64,000 nucleotides of DNA from Candidatus Micrarchaeota archaeon (GCA_018812625.1 JAHJDH010000001.1:19967-83966); one strand, 5' to 3'. Shown: positions 18,848 through 27,443, counted from the first letter of the stretch. A program made the numbers and translations. Notes: generated by a model from the sequence alone, not told the origin.

Positions 18848-21025
18848 TTATAATTCGCTTTGGGGGTCATTTCCGCTGGCTTTGTGAAGGTTTTCTCCTT
18901 TTCTGACAACTGGAATGCCTCCTTCAACTGGCTCATTATGAATAAGATATCTTGTTTTTCCGCCATTTCCATCTGGCATCTCAACTTCTGGCAGTTTTGA
19001 TTCCAGATCAGCTGGAACTGCTTGCATATATCTTGTTTCGCCCTCTGGGAAATTCTTTAAAAATTCTCTTTTTATTTCGTCTAATTTTCTTTTTCGCTCT
19101 AAATTTATTCGGTTTTGTTCCCTTAATCTTTCCATTCCCTGGGCAGGTGTTTCTTGTCTGACTCCTCTGATTACTCCATTTTCGTATACTGTTTCACGCG
19201 TTCCTGAAATGGGATGGGGAAGATCAAGTGCAAGATACCATTTCCCTTGAATCGAAACAAATGGCGATCTTCCATTTTTTTCCAAAGCCATATGGGCCAT
19301 TATACTAACTGATACAAAAGCCTCGATGTCCATATCTCCAACTCGCTCAAGCATTTGCACAAGATATTTTCTTTTGCCTCCTGCATACATCTCTTCAATA
19401 GAAGGAATCTCCTCAGAATGCGGAATTACTCTTCCGTTTGGTGGGACTGGAGGTATGCTTCGAGTATCTTTGGTCTCAGATGGCATTTCAATTCCCTCAA
19501 GTATTTTTCTGCCATTTCTTTCTTCGCCCCAGATACTGAGTGCGTCTTCTTTTCTTGATACTATTCTTGATTTTGGCAATTTGGTTACAACATCTTTCCA
19601 AACTGCCATTGAGTGGATATTGAAAATATAATACTGGTTTTCTCCAAGTGTAATTATGGAAGAATCCTTGCACATCCCAAGAATTTCAAGGTTTCTTGGA
19701 TTCTTTGTATTCACATCCGGAACTGGATGCAAAAGTCTTGGCGCATCTTCTGGAATGTATAACTCTACTTCTCCAAGCTCTCTTTTTGTGAGGTCGTATC
19801 CGCAAAATCCTTTCGGCCATTCAACTTCTCGGTATTCTCTGACTTCAGCACCTATATTGCCAAGGAATTCGTAGTTTGTTAGGGATTCAGGCCAGACGTT
19901 TAGCACATTACCAACCCGTGCAACTGATTTTGATCCTGCAAATGGTTCTTTTAGAATATAATATCGCTGTCCAGCAAGCTTTACTTTCAACTCGTCCCTG
20001 CATGTCTCGAGTACTATTTGTTCTTGTTCATTAGTTCCTTCTGGCATTGGCAAAATCCATAATCGCGCTCTTTCTGGAAGAACTTCTTTGCACATTACAA
20101 GCTCCCTTTCATTTAGCTTGTATGTAGTATGTTCATCTGTCCATTCAATTCCAAGCTCAACATCGATTTCAATTTCTTCAACTGTCTCTTCTTCTTTTCG
20201 CTCTGCTTCTGCTCTTTCTGCTGCTTTTCTCTCTTCTTCAGCTTTTTTAGCATCTGCCTCTGCTTTGATTGCAGCTTCTCTTGCAGCTTTTTTCTTTGCT
20301 GCTTCATCTGCTATTTTCTTTTCTTTTGCTGCAACTATTACTGCTAGGAGCTCTCTTCTTTTTTCATTGAGCTCTTCCTCTTCCTTTTCAATCATCTCAT
20401 CAAGTACTCTCTCATCTTCAATTTGCTGAATGCCATCGATTAATTCATCTATCGGGGCATCTTCTCCTTCAAGACAAAACAATACCTCATCCTGAGGTCT
20501 CTCTCCAATCCATGGTTTTCTCTTTGGTGGAGTAACAGAAGGCAATTTTACTTCTGCCTTTTGAGTAGTATCCTCTCCATCTGGATCAATATCAAAGCTT
20601 GGAAGTGCTGGCGGTCCGGGTAATCTTACTTTCGGTATCGTCTGCTCTTCATCATCCAAATCAATCGGAGCAAGCAATGAATCGCGCTTAACCGTTACTT
20701 CTGCAGTAGGCTCTTCAACTTCTAAAGTTTGCTCTTCATCCAAATCAATCGGAGCAAGAAGAGAATCACCTTCTTTTACGTCTATAAATCTAGCATCCTC
20801 ACTAACTTCAATCTGTCCGGTAGTGACCTCCATTGTTGTTTCTGGGGATGGAGGTGGTTTTGATAATTTAACAAGTAGTATTGGTTCTGCTGTTTCTTCA
20901 TCTGGCCTTTTGTCTTCCAGGAGTCTTGAGGTTCTGAATCTTCTTGCTCTAGTGTCTGATAACTGTGGGAGTCTCTGTAGCATTCGGCGCATATCATTAG
21001 ATTTGTCTTTATTTTCACTAGGCAT
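18848..21025 (-). CDS. large hypothetical protein with a disordered acidic N-terminus, a Lys/Glu/Ala coiled coil and repeated beta-rich C-terminal modules
   Basis: 725-aa ORF. It has the tandem 'DSLLAPIDLD(E/D)EEQT' repeat, 'AAKKKAAREAAIKAEADAKKAEEERKAAERAEAERKEEE', and duplicated modules 'LPERARLWILPMPEG...GQRYYILKEP' / 'IPEDAPRLLHPVPDV...GENQYYIFNIH'. It ends 23 nt upstream of nreA on the same strand. Confidence 0.6.
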   Translation of the reverse strand: MPSENKDKSNDMRRMLQRLPQLSDTRARRFRTSRLLEDKRPDEETAEPILLVKLSKPPPSPETTMEVTTGQIEVSEDARFIDVKEGDSLLAPIDLDEEQTLEVEEPTAEVTVKRDSLLAPIDLDDEEQTIPKVRLPGPPALPSFDIDPDGEDTTQKAEVKLPSVTPPKRKPWIGERPQDEVLFCLEGEDAPIDELIDGIQQIEDERVLDEMIEKEEEELNEKRRELLAVIVAAKEKKIADEAAKKKAAREAAIKAEADAKKAEEERKAAERAEAERKEEETVEEIEIDVELGIEWTDEHTTYKLNERELVMCKEVLPERARLWILPMPEGTNEQEQIVLETCRDELKVKLAGQRYYILKEPFAGSKSVARVGNVLNVWPESLTNYEFLGNIGAEVREYREVEWPKGFCGYDLTKRELGEVELYIPEDAPRLLHPVPDVNTKNPRNLEILGMCKDSSIITLGENQYYIFNIHSMAVWKDVVTKLPKSRIVSRKEDALSIWGEERNGRKILEGIEMPSETKDTRSIPPVPPNGRVIPHSEEIPSIEEMYAGGKRKYLVQMLERVGDMDIEAFVSVSIMAHMALEKNGRSPFVSIQGKWYLALDLPHPISGTRETVYENGVIRGVRQETPAQGMERLREQNRINLERKRKLDEIKREFLKNFPEGETRYMQAVPADLESKLPEVEMPDGNGGKTRYLIHNEPVEGGIPVVRKGENLHKASGNDPQSEL

Positions 21026-21184
21026 TAATTTCTCACGAAGTTAGTTTACCAAAAACAGTTTTTAAATGTTTGTATAAATGGTTATTTGTAAGTTTATTGC
21101 CGCATATATGATTTATATTTGTTTTCAAACAACCTATTTTCCTAATTCATGTAAAGCAAGAAGCTTACCTGAATGACTAAACAC

Positions 21185-21257
21185 GCGACCGTTGTCTAAT
21201 GGTTTATGATTCGAGCTTGCCAAGTTCGAGGCCCGGGTTCGATTCCCGGCGGTCGCA
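21185..21257 (+). tRNA. tRNA-Gly (anticodon GCC), no intron, CCA not encoded
   Basis: The acceptor GCGACCG/CGGTCGC is a perfect 7 bp. The anticodon stem is CGAGC/GTTCG with loop TTGCCAA (GCC at 21219-21221). The T arm is CCGGG-TTCGATT-CCCGG and the discriminator is A. The D stem is weak. Confidence 0.9.
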
Positions 21258-21259
21258 TT

Positions 21260-21381
21260 CCGCCTTTTAGAAAAAGGCGGCCCAAAACTGGGGATTGACC
21301 TCCGAGAATGTTTCATTCTCGATGGTCGCATTTTTGCTTTGCAAAAATCGACAAGGAAAGCTAGCTTTCCTCTGTCGCATT
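21260..21381 (+). repeat. array of short perfect hairpins interleaved with copies of the tRNA-Gly 3' acceptor strand
   Basis: Hairpins are at 21260-21280 (9 bp), 21281-21293 (4 bp), 21303-21321 (8 bp), 21330-21348 (8 bp) and 21355-21370 (16-nt palindrome). 'GGTCGCATT' occurs at 21251-21259 (tRNA 3' end) and again at 21324-21332; 'GTCGCATT' occurs at 21374-21381. Confidence 0.8.
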
Positions 21382-21437
21382 GAAACTTTTCTTATCCTCA
21401 GCATCGGTCAAAGTTTCATCAAACATCCTGTCCGGTT

Positions 21438-21989
21438 TTATCTGATTAAACTTCTGATTTTTTTGAACTCCTCAGTATCTGCCCGATCCATTAGCTGGAA
21501 GAGTACCATTTCAGTTGACACAACAAATGCTCCTGATTGTTTCATTCTTTCAAGACCTATTTTCGTATTCTTCTCTTTTCTTGAGCAGATAGAATCAGCA
21601 ACAGCATGCACCTCGATATCCCTATTGAGAGCCTCGAGCGCAGTTTTCAAAACACAGATGTGAGACTCAAGTCCAAAGAGTACAATCCTCCTTGCTCCAA
21701 GCTCTTTGATCTTTTCAGAAAACCCATCACAGCCAAAACAGCCAAAACTCATTTTTTCTATCAGATGCTTTTTCTCAGGAAGTTTGACCTTCTCTGTTAT
21801 ATGACCGAGTCCTTGTGGGTACTGTTCTGTAACAACAAGAGGCATTTCCAGTATTTCGGATGTCTTTACTAGTATGTTTGCATTTGCAATAGTTTCATCA
21901 ATACTGCTCATTGCAGGTATGAATTTCTCTTGAATATCAACAAGAACAAATACAGTTCCTTCTCTTTCCAATATGCCTAAGTTCTTCAT
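21438..21989 (-). CDS. isochorismatase-family cysteine hydrolase
   Basis: 'VFVLVDIQEKF' and 'RIVLFGLESHICVLKTALEAL' (catalytic Cys context). Confidence 0.8.
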   Translation of the reverse strand: MKNLGILEREGTVFVLVDIQEKFIPAMSSIDETIANANILVKTSEILEMPLVVTEQYPQGLGHITEKVKLPEKKHLIEKMSFGCFGCDGFSEKIKELGARRIVLFGLESHICVLKTALEALNRDIEVHAVADSICSRKEKNTKIGLERMKQSGAFVVSTEMVLFQLMDRADTEEFKKIRSLIR

Positions 21990-22086
21990 CTCTCTATTTC
22001 TCTACTATGCCTAAAAAAACCAACTCTTCGTCAGATGCCTGAGCTTCTTCCGATACTTTTTAAACTCATCCAATCTTAGTGAATTT

Positions 22087-22881
22087 ATGAGTACATTAAT
22101 GGATGAAATGTTGGGACGATTAGAGATAAGAGAGGTCAAATCATTGCTTCCTCATGAACAGACAATCTCACCCAATGTCAAAAGACTCAAAGAATCGATG
22201 CTGAATATCGGTCAGGTTGTTGATCCAATCATTATTGATGATAATACTGGCCTTGTAATAGATGGGAATCACAGGCAAAAAGTACTTCGGATAATAGAAT
22301 GTCCTTATGCGCCTGTTCAAAAGGTTGATTATTCGCGCAAAGATATTACTGTAGGCACATGGTTTCCGTCTGTTTCACTTTCTCCAGAAGAAATCTTCAA
22401 GCTTGATTCAATAAAACACGAAAGTATTGATCCAGAAGCTGGAATGCAGGCAGTAGATAATCTCAAAGCACCATTTATGCTCCAGCACAAAGATGAGCAT
22501 TTCCTTGTCAATCCTGGCTCATATAAAATAGAGGAAATGGTGGAAGAGCAAAACTACATATTTTCGCTTCTTGAAAAAGGAGTAGTTGATTATATTTCTG
22601 ATGAGGAAACAAAAAGGGATCTTGATGCCGGAAATTCTGTTTTATTCAGAAGGTCCTATACAAAAGAAGAGATCCTAAAAGCAGCACAGGATCATGCTCC
22701 ATTCCCACCAAAATCAACTCGTCATCTTGTTCCAGGGCGAATTATCAGGCTGAACATGCACATTGGTTGGCTTCACCGTTCTATTGAAGATGCAACAACA
22801 GAAATGCAGAGAATGCTAAGTGCTCGTGTATATGCTGGAAATGTTAGAAAATACTACGAACCAGTAACTGTTATCTACTGA
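22087..22881 (+). CDS. ParB/sulfiredoxin-fold domain protein (possibly a serine-kinase-like ParB homologue)
   Basis: The N-terminal 'LLPHEQTISPNVKRLKESMLNIGQVVDPIIID...GLVIDGNHRQKVL' matches the ParB N-domain pattern. It is a stand-alone protein of about 260 aa. Confidence 0.55.
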   Translation: MSTLMDEMLGRLEIREVKSLLPHEQTISPNVKRLKESMLNIGQVVDPIIIDDNTGLVIDGNHRQKVLRIIECPYAPVQKVDYSRKDITVGTWFPSVSLSPEEIFKLDSIKHESIDPEAGMQAVDNLKAPFMLQHKDEHFLVNPGSYKIEEMVEEQNYIFSLLEKGVVDYISDEETKRDLDAGNSVLFRRSYTKEEILKAAQDHAPFPPKSTRHLVPGRIIRLNMHIGWLHRSIEDATTEMQRMLSARVYAGNVRKYYEPVTVIY

Positions 22882-23174
22882 TCAAACGGATCAAATATAA
22901 CATTGTTTATTGCACTGTCTCTGCTTATTGGAGTTGAATTTAGTGCTTTTTGTATTTCATCTGGCCTAAATCCAACAACTATTTTTCCTTTAATCTCAAG
23001 TACTGGAACTCCTTTTTGTCCGCTTTTTATTATCATTTCCTTTGCCTTCTCGTGATCTGCAGCAACATCAAAGTCAACATATTCAATGTTGTTTTCTTTT
23101 AGATAAGTTTTTGCCATATCACAATATGGACATGTCGAAGTTGAGTATACAATTACCTTTTCTTTTTCTGCCAT
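22875..23174 (-). CDS. glutaredoxin-like protein
   Basis: 'VIVYSTSTCPYCDMAKTYL' with the CPYC active site. I prefer the ATG at 23174 (MAEKEK...), which follows AGGTGG. The track ORF extends to 23204. Confidence 0.85.
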   Translation of the reverse strand: MAEKEKVIVYSTSTCPYCDMAKTYLKENNIEYVDFDVAADHEKAKEMIIKSGQKGVPVLEIKGKIVVGFRPDEIQKALNSTPISRDSAINNVIFDPFDQ

Positions 23175-23264
23175 AACTACCACCTGTGTATGTTTGATGC
23201 ACAAATGTTTTTTAAAATCAATTGGAGTAATGCATTTATCAAAAATAAATACACTGGTGAACTT

Positions 23265-23609
23265 ATGGTTGACATGTCCTGTATTGATCTTTCTGTGGAA
23301 GATCTTTTGCGATGCTCCTTTGGTCTTTCACGACTCGAAGTTACTGTTTTTATGAAACTTCTAAAGAACAAAAAATATGTTTCTGTTTCACATCTTTCTG
23401 CTACTCTTGGTCGTGAGCGCAGTGTTGTGCAGAGGGGCCTTGCAGGTTTAATGAAAAAGGGACTGGCCCAGCGTGATCAGTCAAACAAGGATCGGGGTGG
23501 CTATGAATTTCTCTACAAGGCCAAAAACAAGGATGCAATCAAATCATCTATTGTTGAAAAAAGCCGGGGCTTCTGCAAGATTGTCCAAAAAACTGCAGAT
23601 GATTGGTGA
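23265..23609 (+). CDS. TrmB/MarR-like winged-helix transcriptional regulator
   Basis: 'LSRLEVTVFMKLLKNKKYVSVSHLSATLGRERSVVQRGLAGLMKKGLAQRD'. The ATG at 23265 follows GGTGA-N4. The track ORF starts at 23190. It is divergent from the glutaredoxin gene. Confidence 0.7.
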   Translation: MVDMSCIDLSVEDLLRCSFGLSRLEVTVFMKLLKNKKYVSVSHLSATLGRERSVVQRGLAGLMKKGLAQRDQSNKDRGGYEFLYKAKNKDAIKSSIVEKSRGFCKIVQKTADDW

Positions 23610-23642
23610 CTTCTTTTAATTATTTTCCTCTAATTTATCTTT

Positions 23643-24713
23643 ATGGGAATATTACTTTCTCCAGGTCCAGTACCTTTACTTGATGAAATATCTCAAGCCC
23701 AGACAAAGGAAATGATTACTCACAGGAGCAAAGCCTTTACTGAACTTTATGGCGACCTTGTCTCCCGCCTCAAAGGCTATTTCAACTGTGAAGAGGCCTA
23801 TGTATTAACAGGCTCTGGCGCACTTGGTCTTGAAACACTTATCCTCAATTTATGCAAAAAGGACGATTCGGTGGTCTGTTTTCCAAATGGTGATTTTGGA
23901 AACAAGCAGGTCCTTACTGTCAAAGTGCACTCTAGTGCAATTGTCCATGAAATAGAGGATGGAAAAGGCTGGAATCTCGAGAGAACAAAAGAAGCAATAG
24001 ATGGCAGCGAAGCTGATGTTCTTGCAATGGTTTACAATGAAACAAGCTTAGGCGTTACCAATCACATAAAAGAAATCTGCACCTATGCAAAATCCAAAGG
24101 AATGCTTACTATTATTGATGGAATTTCTGCTTGGCCAGGTACCAAACTCGATATGAAAAAATTCAATGTCGATGCATTTGTAACTGGAAGTCAGAAAGGA
24201 ACGGCAGCACCTCCTGGAATGGCACTTCTTGGTCTGAGTTCTGATGCTGTTGAAAAATTCAGCTCAAGGGATTATATTCCGAGCTACTATGCTGATCTTC
24301 GAAGACACAAAAAAAGGTTTGAGAAAGACAAGCAAACTCCAAATACTCCTGCAGTTACCCTGTTTTGGGCACTTCAGAAGGCATTTGATGTTATTGATAG
24401 AAAAGGAGGACTTGATTCTTGCATTTCGCGTCATGCTGAAACTGCAGCTCATGTTCGAGAGAGGTTAGTTGAAATGGGTCTTCCAATCATTGCAGAGCCT
24501 GGTTTTGAATCAAATACTGTTACTGGATTCATATGCCCCAAAGGCATTTTGGCATCAGATGTCAAATCAAAACTAGATTCAGAATATGGGATAAAAATTG
24601 TTGGTGCTCGAGGAGCATTCAAAGAAAGCGGCCTTCGCATTGCACATATGGGCAACTTCAAGATTGAAGATATCGATACTGCTCTTGATGCAATTGGGAA
24701 GCTGACTAGGTAA
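23643..24713 (+). CDS. class V pyridoxal-phosphate aminotransferase (serine-pyruvate/phosphoserine aminotransferase type)
   Basis: The PLP-lysine context is 'FVTGSQKGTAAPPGMA'. Its length and layout are typical of the AGT/SerC-like family. Confidence 0.8.
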   Translation: MGILLSPGPVPLLDEISQAQTKEMITHRSKAFTELYGDLVSRLKGYFNCEEAYVLTGSGALGLETLILNLCKKDDSVVCFPNGDFGNKQVLTVKVHSSAIVHEIEDGKGWNLERTKEAIDGSEADVLAMVYNETSLGVTNHIKEICTYAKSKGMLTIIDGISAWPGTKLDMKKFNVDAFVTGSQKGTAAPPGMALLGLSSDAVEKFSSRDYIPSYYADLRRHKKRFEKDKQTPNTPAVTLFWALQKAFDVIDRKGGLDSCISRHAETAAHVRERLVEMGLPIIAEPGFESNTVTGFICPKGILASDVKSKLDSEYGIKIVGARGAFKESGLRIAHMGNFKIEDIDTALDAIGKLTR

Positions 24714-24762
24714 ACCCTTAAAAAAGCTTAACTTAGATATATTTCGGGCTTGAGGTCAGATC

Positions 24763-25947
24763 ATGCAAGATGCAAATGTCAACATTAACAAATTGGTTTC
24801 ACTAACTTTTGATGAGGATCCAGAGGTCAGAAAAAAAGCTGCCTCTTCACTCGCTGCTCATGGCGATCCTGGAGCTCTTTTTGCTCTTGTTGAACTTAGT
24901 TATGATAAGGATCAATCTGTCCGTGAAACTGCACTGAAACTTCTGGAACAAGCAAAAAAGGACGAACCAGAGGTCATGTCATTTGCAAAAATCTTTTCAA
25001 CTCCGAACAAAAAAACCGAAGAGAAAAAAACAGTTCCAAGAGACTCTCGGGAAAAGGTTCTTCTTCCAATTACTCAATTATTTGAAAAGAGGCTTGGTAA
25101 AGAGAAAGCAGCTCTTGTAAAGGCAAAGATGATGCCGACAATAGAGCGTATTTATCTCAAGAACAAGCCTTCTTCCAAAGAAAAATCTTCAGATGGCAGC
25201 AGAGCTGCAATGCAAGAATTTCTTACTAGTTATCTTGAGGTAATTTCTGACCTTGATCATATTGGTGATGGTTCACAAGAACCTCTTCTTGAAGTGGCTT
25301 CTGAAGAAATTCCATCCACTGAATCAATTGTCTCAGAAGTGCAAACAATTTCTGAGGAACCTGTGCTTTCAACTGAACTTGAAGAAGTTGGTATGAATGC
25401 CCATGTTGAAGGAATTTCTGCTGAGATTGCAAATCTTGAGATGGATCAGATCGAAGAATTCAAAGAACGCGAGGGAATGGAATTTCTTCCAGATACATTC
25501 TTCAAAAAAGCCTACGAGCTTATGATGCTTTCTAATGGAGATGACGAGCTTATGCGCAGAGAAATGAAGCGCATGAAAAAGGAAGCTGAAAATGAAATTA
25601 CTTTGGCATTTACTCTTGCAAAAAAGAAATTCAAAGAAGCAAACATAACCAATATTACAAAAATCAAAGATAAAATGCGCAATATCAATACTGATCCTCT
25701 TCTAGTTCGAAGCGTAGAAAATATGGAGTATCAAAAAACCAAGAAAATCAAGGCAATTGTTACTCGTATTTTGGTTAATGATGACGAGGGTAATGAGGGA
25801 GTTGTCTATCTCTTTGAAGATCGTGGAATTGCGCTTCAGCCTGGCATGAAAATCAAGGTGCAAAGGGCACTTGCCAAGACATTTAAGTTCTCTGGTGAGA
25901 CTGCACTCACTTTGGGAAAAAAGAGCAATATTTATATTGTTTTGTGA
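24763..25947 (+). CDS. HEAT-repeat protein with a C-terminal OB-fold-like domain
   Basis: HEAT-like 'DEDPEVRKKAASSLAAHGDPGALFALVELSYDKDQSVRETALKLL'. The C-terminal 'AIVTRILVNDDEGNEGVVYLFEDRGIALQPGMKIKVQRALAKTFKFSGETALTLGKKSNIYIV' has an OB-like pattern. Confidence 0.5.
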   Translation: MQDANVNINKLVSLTFDEDPEVRKKAASSLAAHGDPGALFALVELSYDKDQSVRETALKLLEQAKKDEPEVMSFAKIFSTPNKKTEEKKTVPRDSREKVLLPITQLFEKRLGKEKAALVKAKMMPTIERIYLKNKPSSKEKSSDGSRAAMQEFLTSYLEVISDLDHIGDGSQEPLLEVASEEIPSTESIVSEVQTISEEPVLSTELEEVGMNAHVEGISAEIANLEMDQIEEFKEREGMEFLPDTFFKKAYELMMLSNGDDELMRREMKRMKKEAENEITLAFTLAKKKFKEANITNITKIKDKMRNINTDPLLVRSVENMEYQKTKKIKAIVTRILVNDDEGNEGVVYLFEDRGIALQPGMKIKVQRALAKTFKFSGETALTLGKKSNIYIVL

Positions 25948-26014
25948 GAAACGTTACTTATATATGTAAATCTTCAGAGTTGATTCTGAGGGAGCCTATC
26001 TTTTTGGTGTTGAA

Positions 26015-26182
26015 ATGGAACTTACTAAATATGAACTTGCAAGAATTCTTGGCGCAAGAGCATTACAACTTTCACTTGGTGCTCCACCATTAATTAAAAT
26101 CAAAGATGAAAAAATGTCATTTATACAAGTTGCAGAGCAGGAACTTGATAAAAAAGTCATGCCACTTACTGTAGTTCACTGA
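26015..26182 (+). CDS. rpoK: DNA-directed RNA polymerase subunit K (Rpo6), 55 aa, not in the ORF track
   Basis: The translation MELTKYELARILGARALQLSLGAPPLIKIKDEKMSFIQVAEQELDKKVMPLTVVH contains the Rpo6 signature 'TKYE.ARI.G.RA.QL..GAP'. GGTG lies 5 nt upstream of the ATG. Confidence 0.85.
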   Translation: MELTKYELARILGARALQLSLGAPPLIKIKDEKMSFIQVAEQELDKKVMPLTVVH

Positions 26183-26817
26183 GTAACCAGCTCTACTACA
26201 TATCCTTCTCCTATTGTTTTTAGCAGGATCCTTTTTTCTTCGTCTATCCATTGGTATTCAGATGGTCCTTTGGATGAGCTTATTTCAACTACAAATGCCA
26301 TTCTTCCGCTGTAGTTTTCTCTTCTCATAACTCTATACTGGTTGTCTGAAATATGATTGTAAATTTTGTCATATTTCACATACTTTGAATTATTCCATTT
26401 CCAGTTATCATCAAGAGCAAGCATCCAGGGCTTGAAGAGGAGAAATGCCATATTTCCAAAAGTTGAATTTGATTTTGTGCTGTCCATCCCCCATTCATCC
26501 AAGCAGACGTGAGTGAAGTTTGCACTTTCCTGCATATAGATTATTGTGCATCCGCTTCCACTCATTACTCTATATGTTATGTTGACTCCTGTGTCATTTA
26601 TGAGATAGCTGTATTTGTATTCATCTCCAGGAAGAATTTGTAATTTGACATTTTTCTCAAGAGGCTCTTCATTGAATATTATTTCTGGATCATCAAATTG
26701 GGGCTTTAATGCAAATCCTGAAAACAGCATTATTCCAATTAAGATTATGACTGCAACTAGCGTTGTATTTTTCGTTCCAATGTCAAACAAACAATCATCT
26801 CCATTATTTATTGCCAA
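26176..26817 (-). CDS. hypothetical N-terminally anchored extracytoplasmic protein
   Basis: 213-aa ORF with a single N-terminal TM 'TTLVAVIILIGIMLFSGFAL' and Trp/Tyr/Asn-rich remainder. Confidence 0.5.
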   Translation of the reverse strand: MAINNGDDCLFDIGTKNTTLVAVIILIGIMLFSGFALKPQFDDPEIIFNEEPLEKNVKLQILPGDEYKYSYLINDTGVNITYRVMSGSGCTIIYMQESANFTHVCLDEWGMDSTKSNSTFGNMAFLLFKPWMLALDDNWKWNNSKYVKYDKIYNHISDNQYRVMRRENYSGRMAFVVEISSSKGPSEYQWIDEEKRILLKTIGEGYVVELVTQ

Positions 26818-26832
26818 ATCCAGAACTTAATC

Positions 26833-27348
26833 CTACTGTTTTCTTGCAATTTCTCCGAATTTTGCATATGGCTTTCCTGTTTTTGAGTTAAGCTCTTCAA
26901 ATACTACTTGAGATATTCTCATTCCTGCATGAAGTTTCACTGGAAACGGAGCAAGGTTTACGATTTCAAGAACCTGGTGATTGCTGCTTCCAGGCTGAAC
27001 AAGAGCGCTTGTGATGTGGATGACAAGTCCCATTCTTGCATATCTGCTTCTGCCTTCCAGATTTCCCATAATATTTGCTGGCAGAGTGATCTTTTCTTTG
27101 GTCCTGGCAAGGCACATTTGCCTTGGTTTTAGTATAATGCTTTTTGCTTTTTTAATATTGAAAGATTTTTGGAAAGGAGTTTTTGAAAGGTCCACTGTTT
27201 TCTTTTTTAATTCTGGCTTGAAAAAATGCCATTCATCTGCAAGAGTAAGATCAATGCTTGCAGGTCCAATCTGCCTATCCTCAAGCGGCTCGATTTTTAT
27301 TGTTCCTTTTTTCAAAAGTTTTTTGATGTCAATATCAGAAAGTATCAT
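26833..27348 (-). CDS. dcd: dCTP deaminase (dUTPase superfamily)
   Basis: 'MILSDIDIKKLLKKG.IKIEP...IGPASIDLTL' and 'GRSRYARMGLVIH'. Confidence 0.88.
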   Translation of the reverse strand: MILSDIDIKKLLKKGTIKIEPLEDRQIGPASIDLTLADEWHFFKPELKKKTVDLSKTPFQKSFNIKKAKSIILKPRQMCLARTKEKITLPANIMGNLEGRSRYARMGLVIHITSALVQPGSSNHQVLEIVNLAPFPVKLHAGMRISQVVFEELNSKTGKPYAKFGEIARKQ

Positions 27349-27443
27349 GTCAAAACCCTCAATATTTTAGGTTGGGGTTTTCTATCCCCATACTATGTTC
27401 TGAAGGCTGTATTAAAATATGTTTTTGATTGATTTTTTGATAT

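Noticed and set aside
20113-20429. Several overlapping track ORFs (20088-20429 +, 20113-20307 -, 20129-20347 +) in one region
   Set aside because: All are alternative-frame readings of the Lys/Glu/Ala coiled-coil-coding, purine-rich stretch of the 725-aa gene. They are low-complexity artefacts.
21134-21663. Track ORFs 21134-21331 (-) and 21295-21663 (+)
   Set aside because: The first overlaps the tRNA-Gly gene. The second runs through the hairpin array and then antisense to the isochorismatase-family gene. Neither has motifs or a plausible start context.
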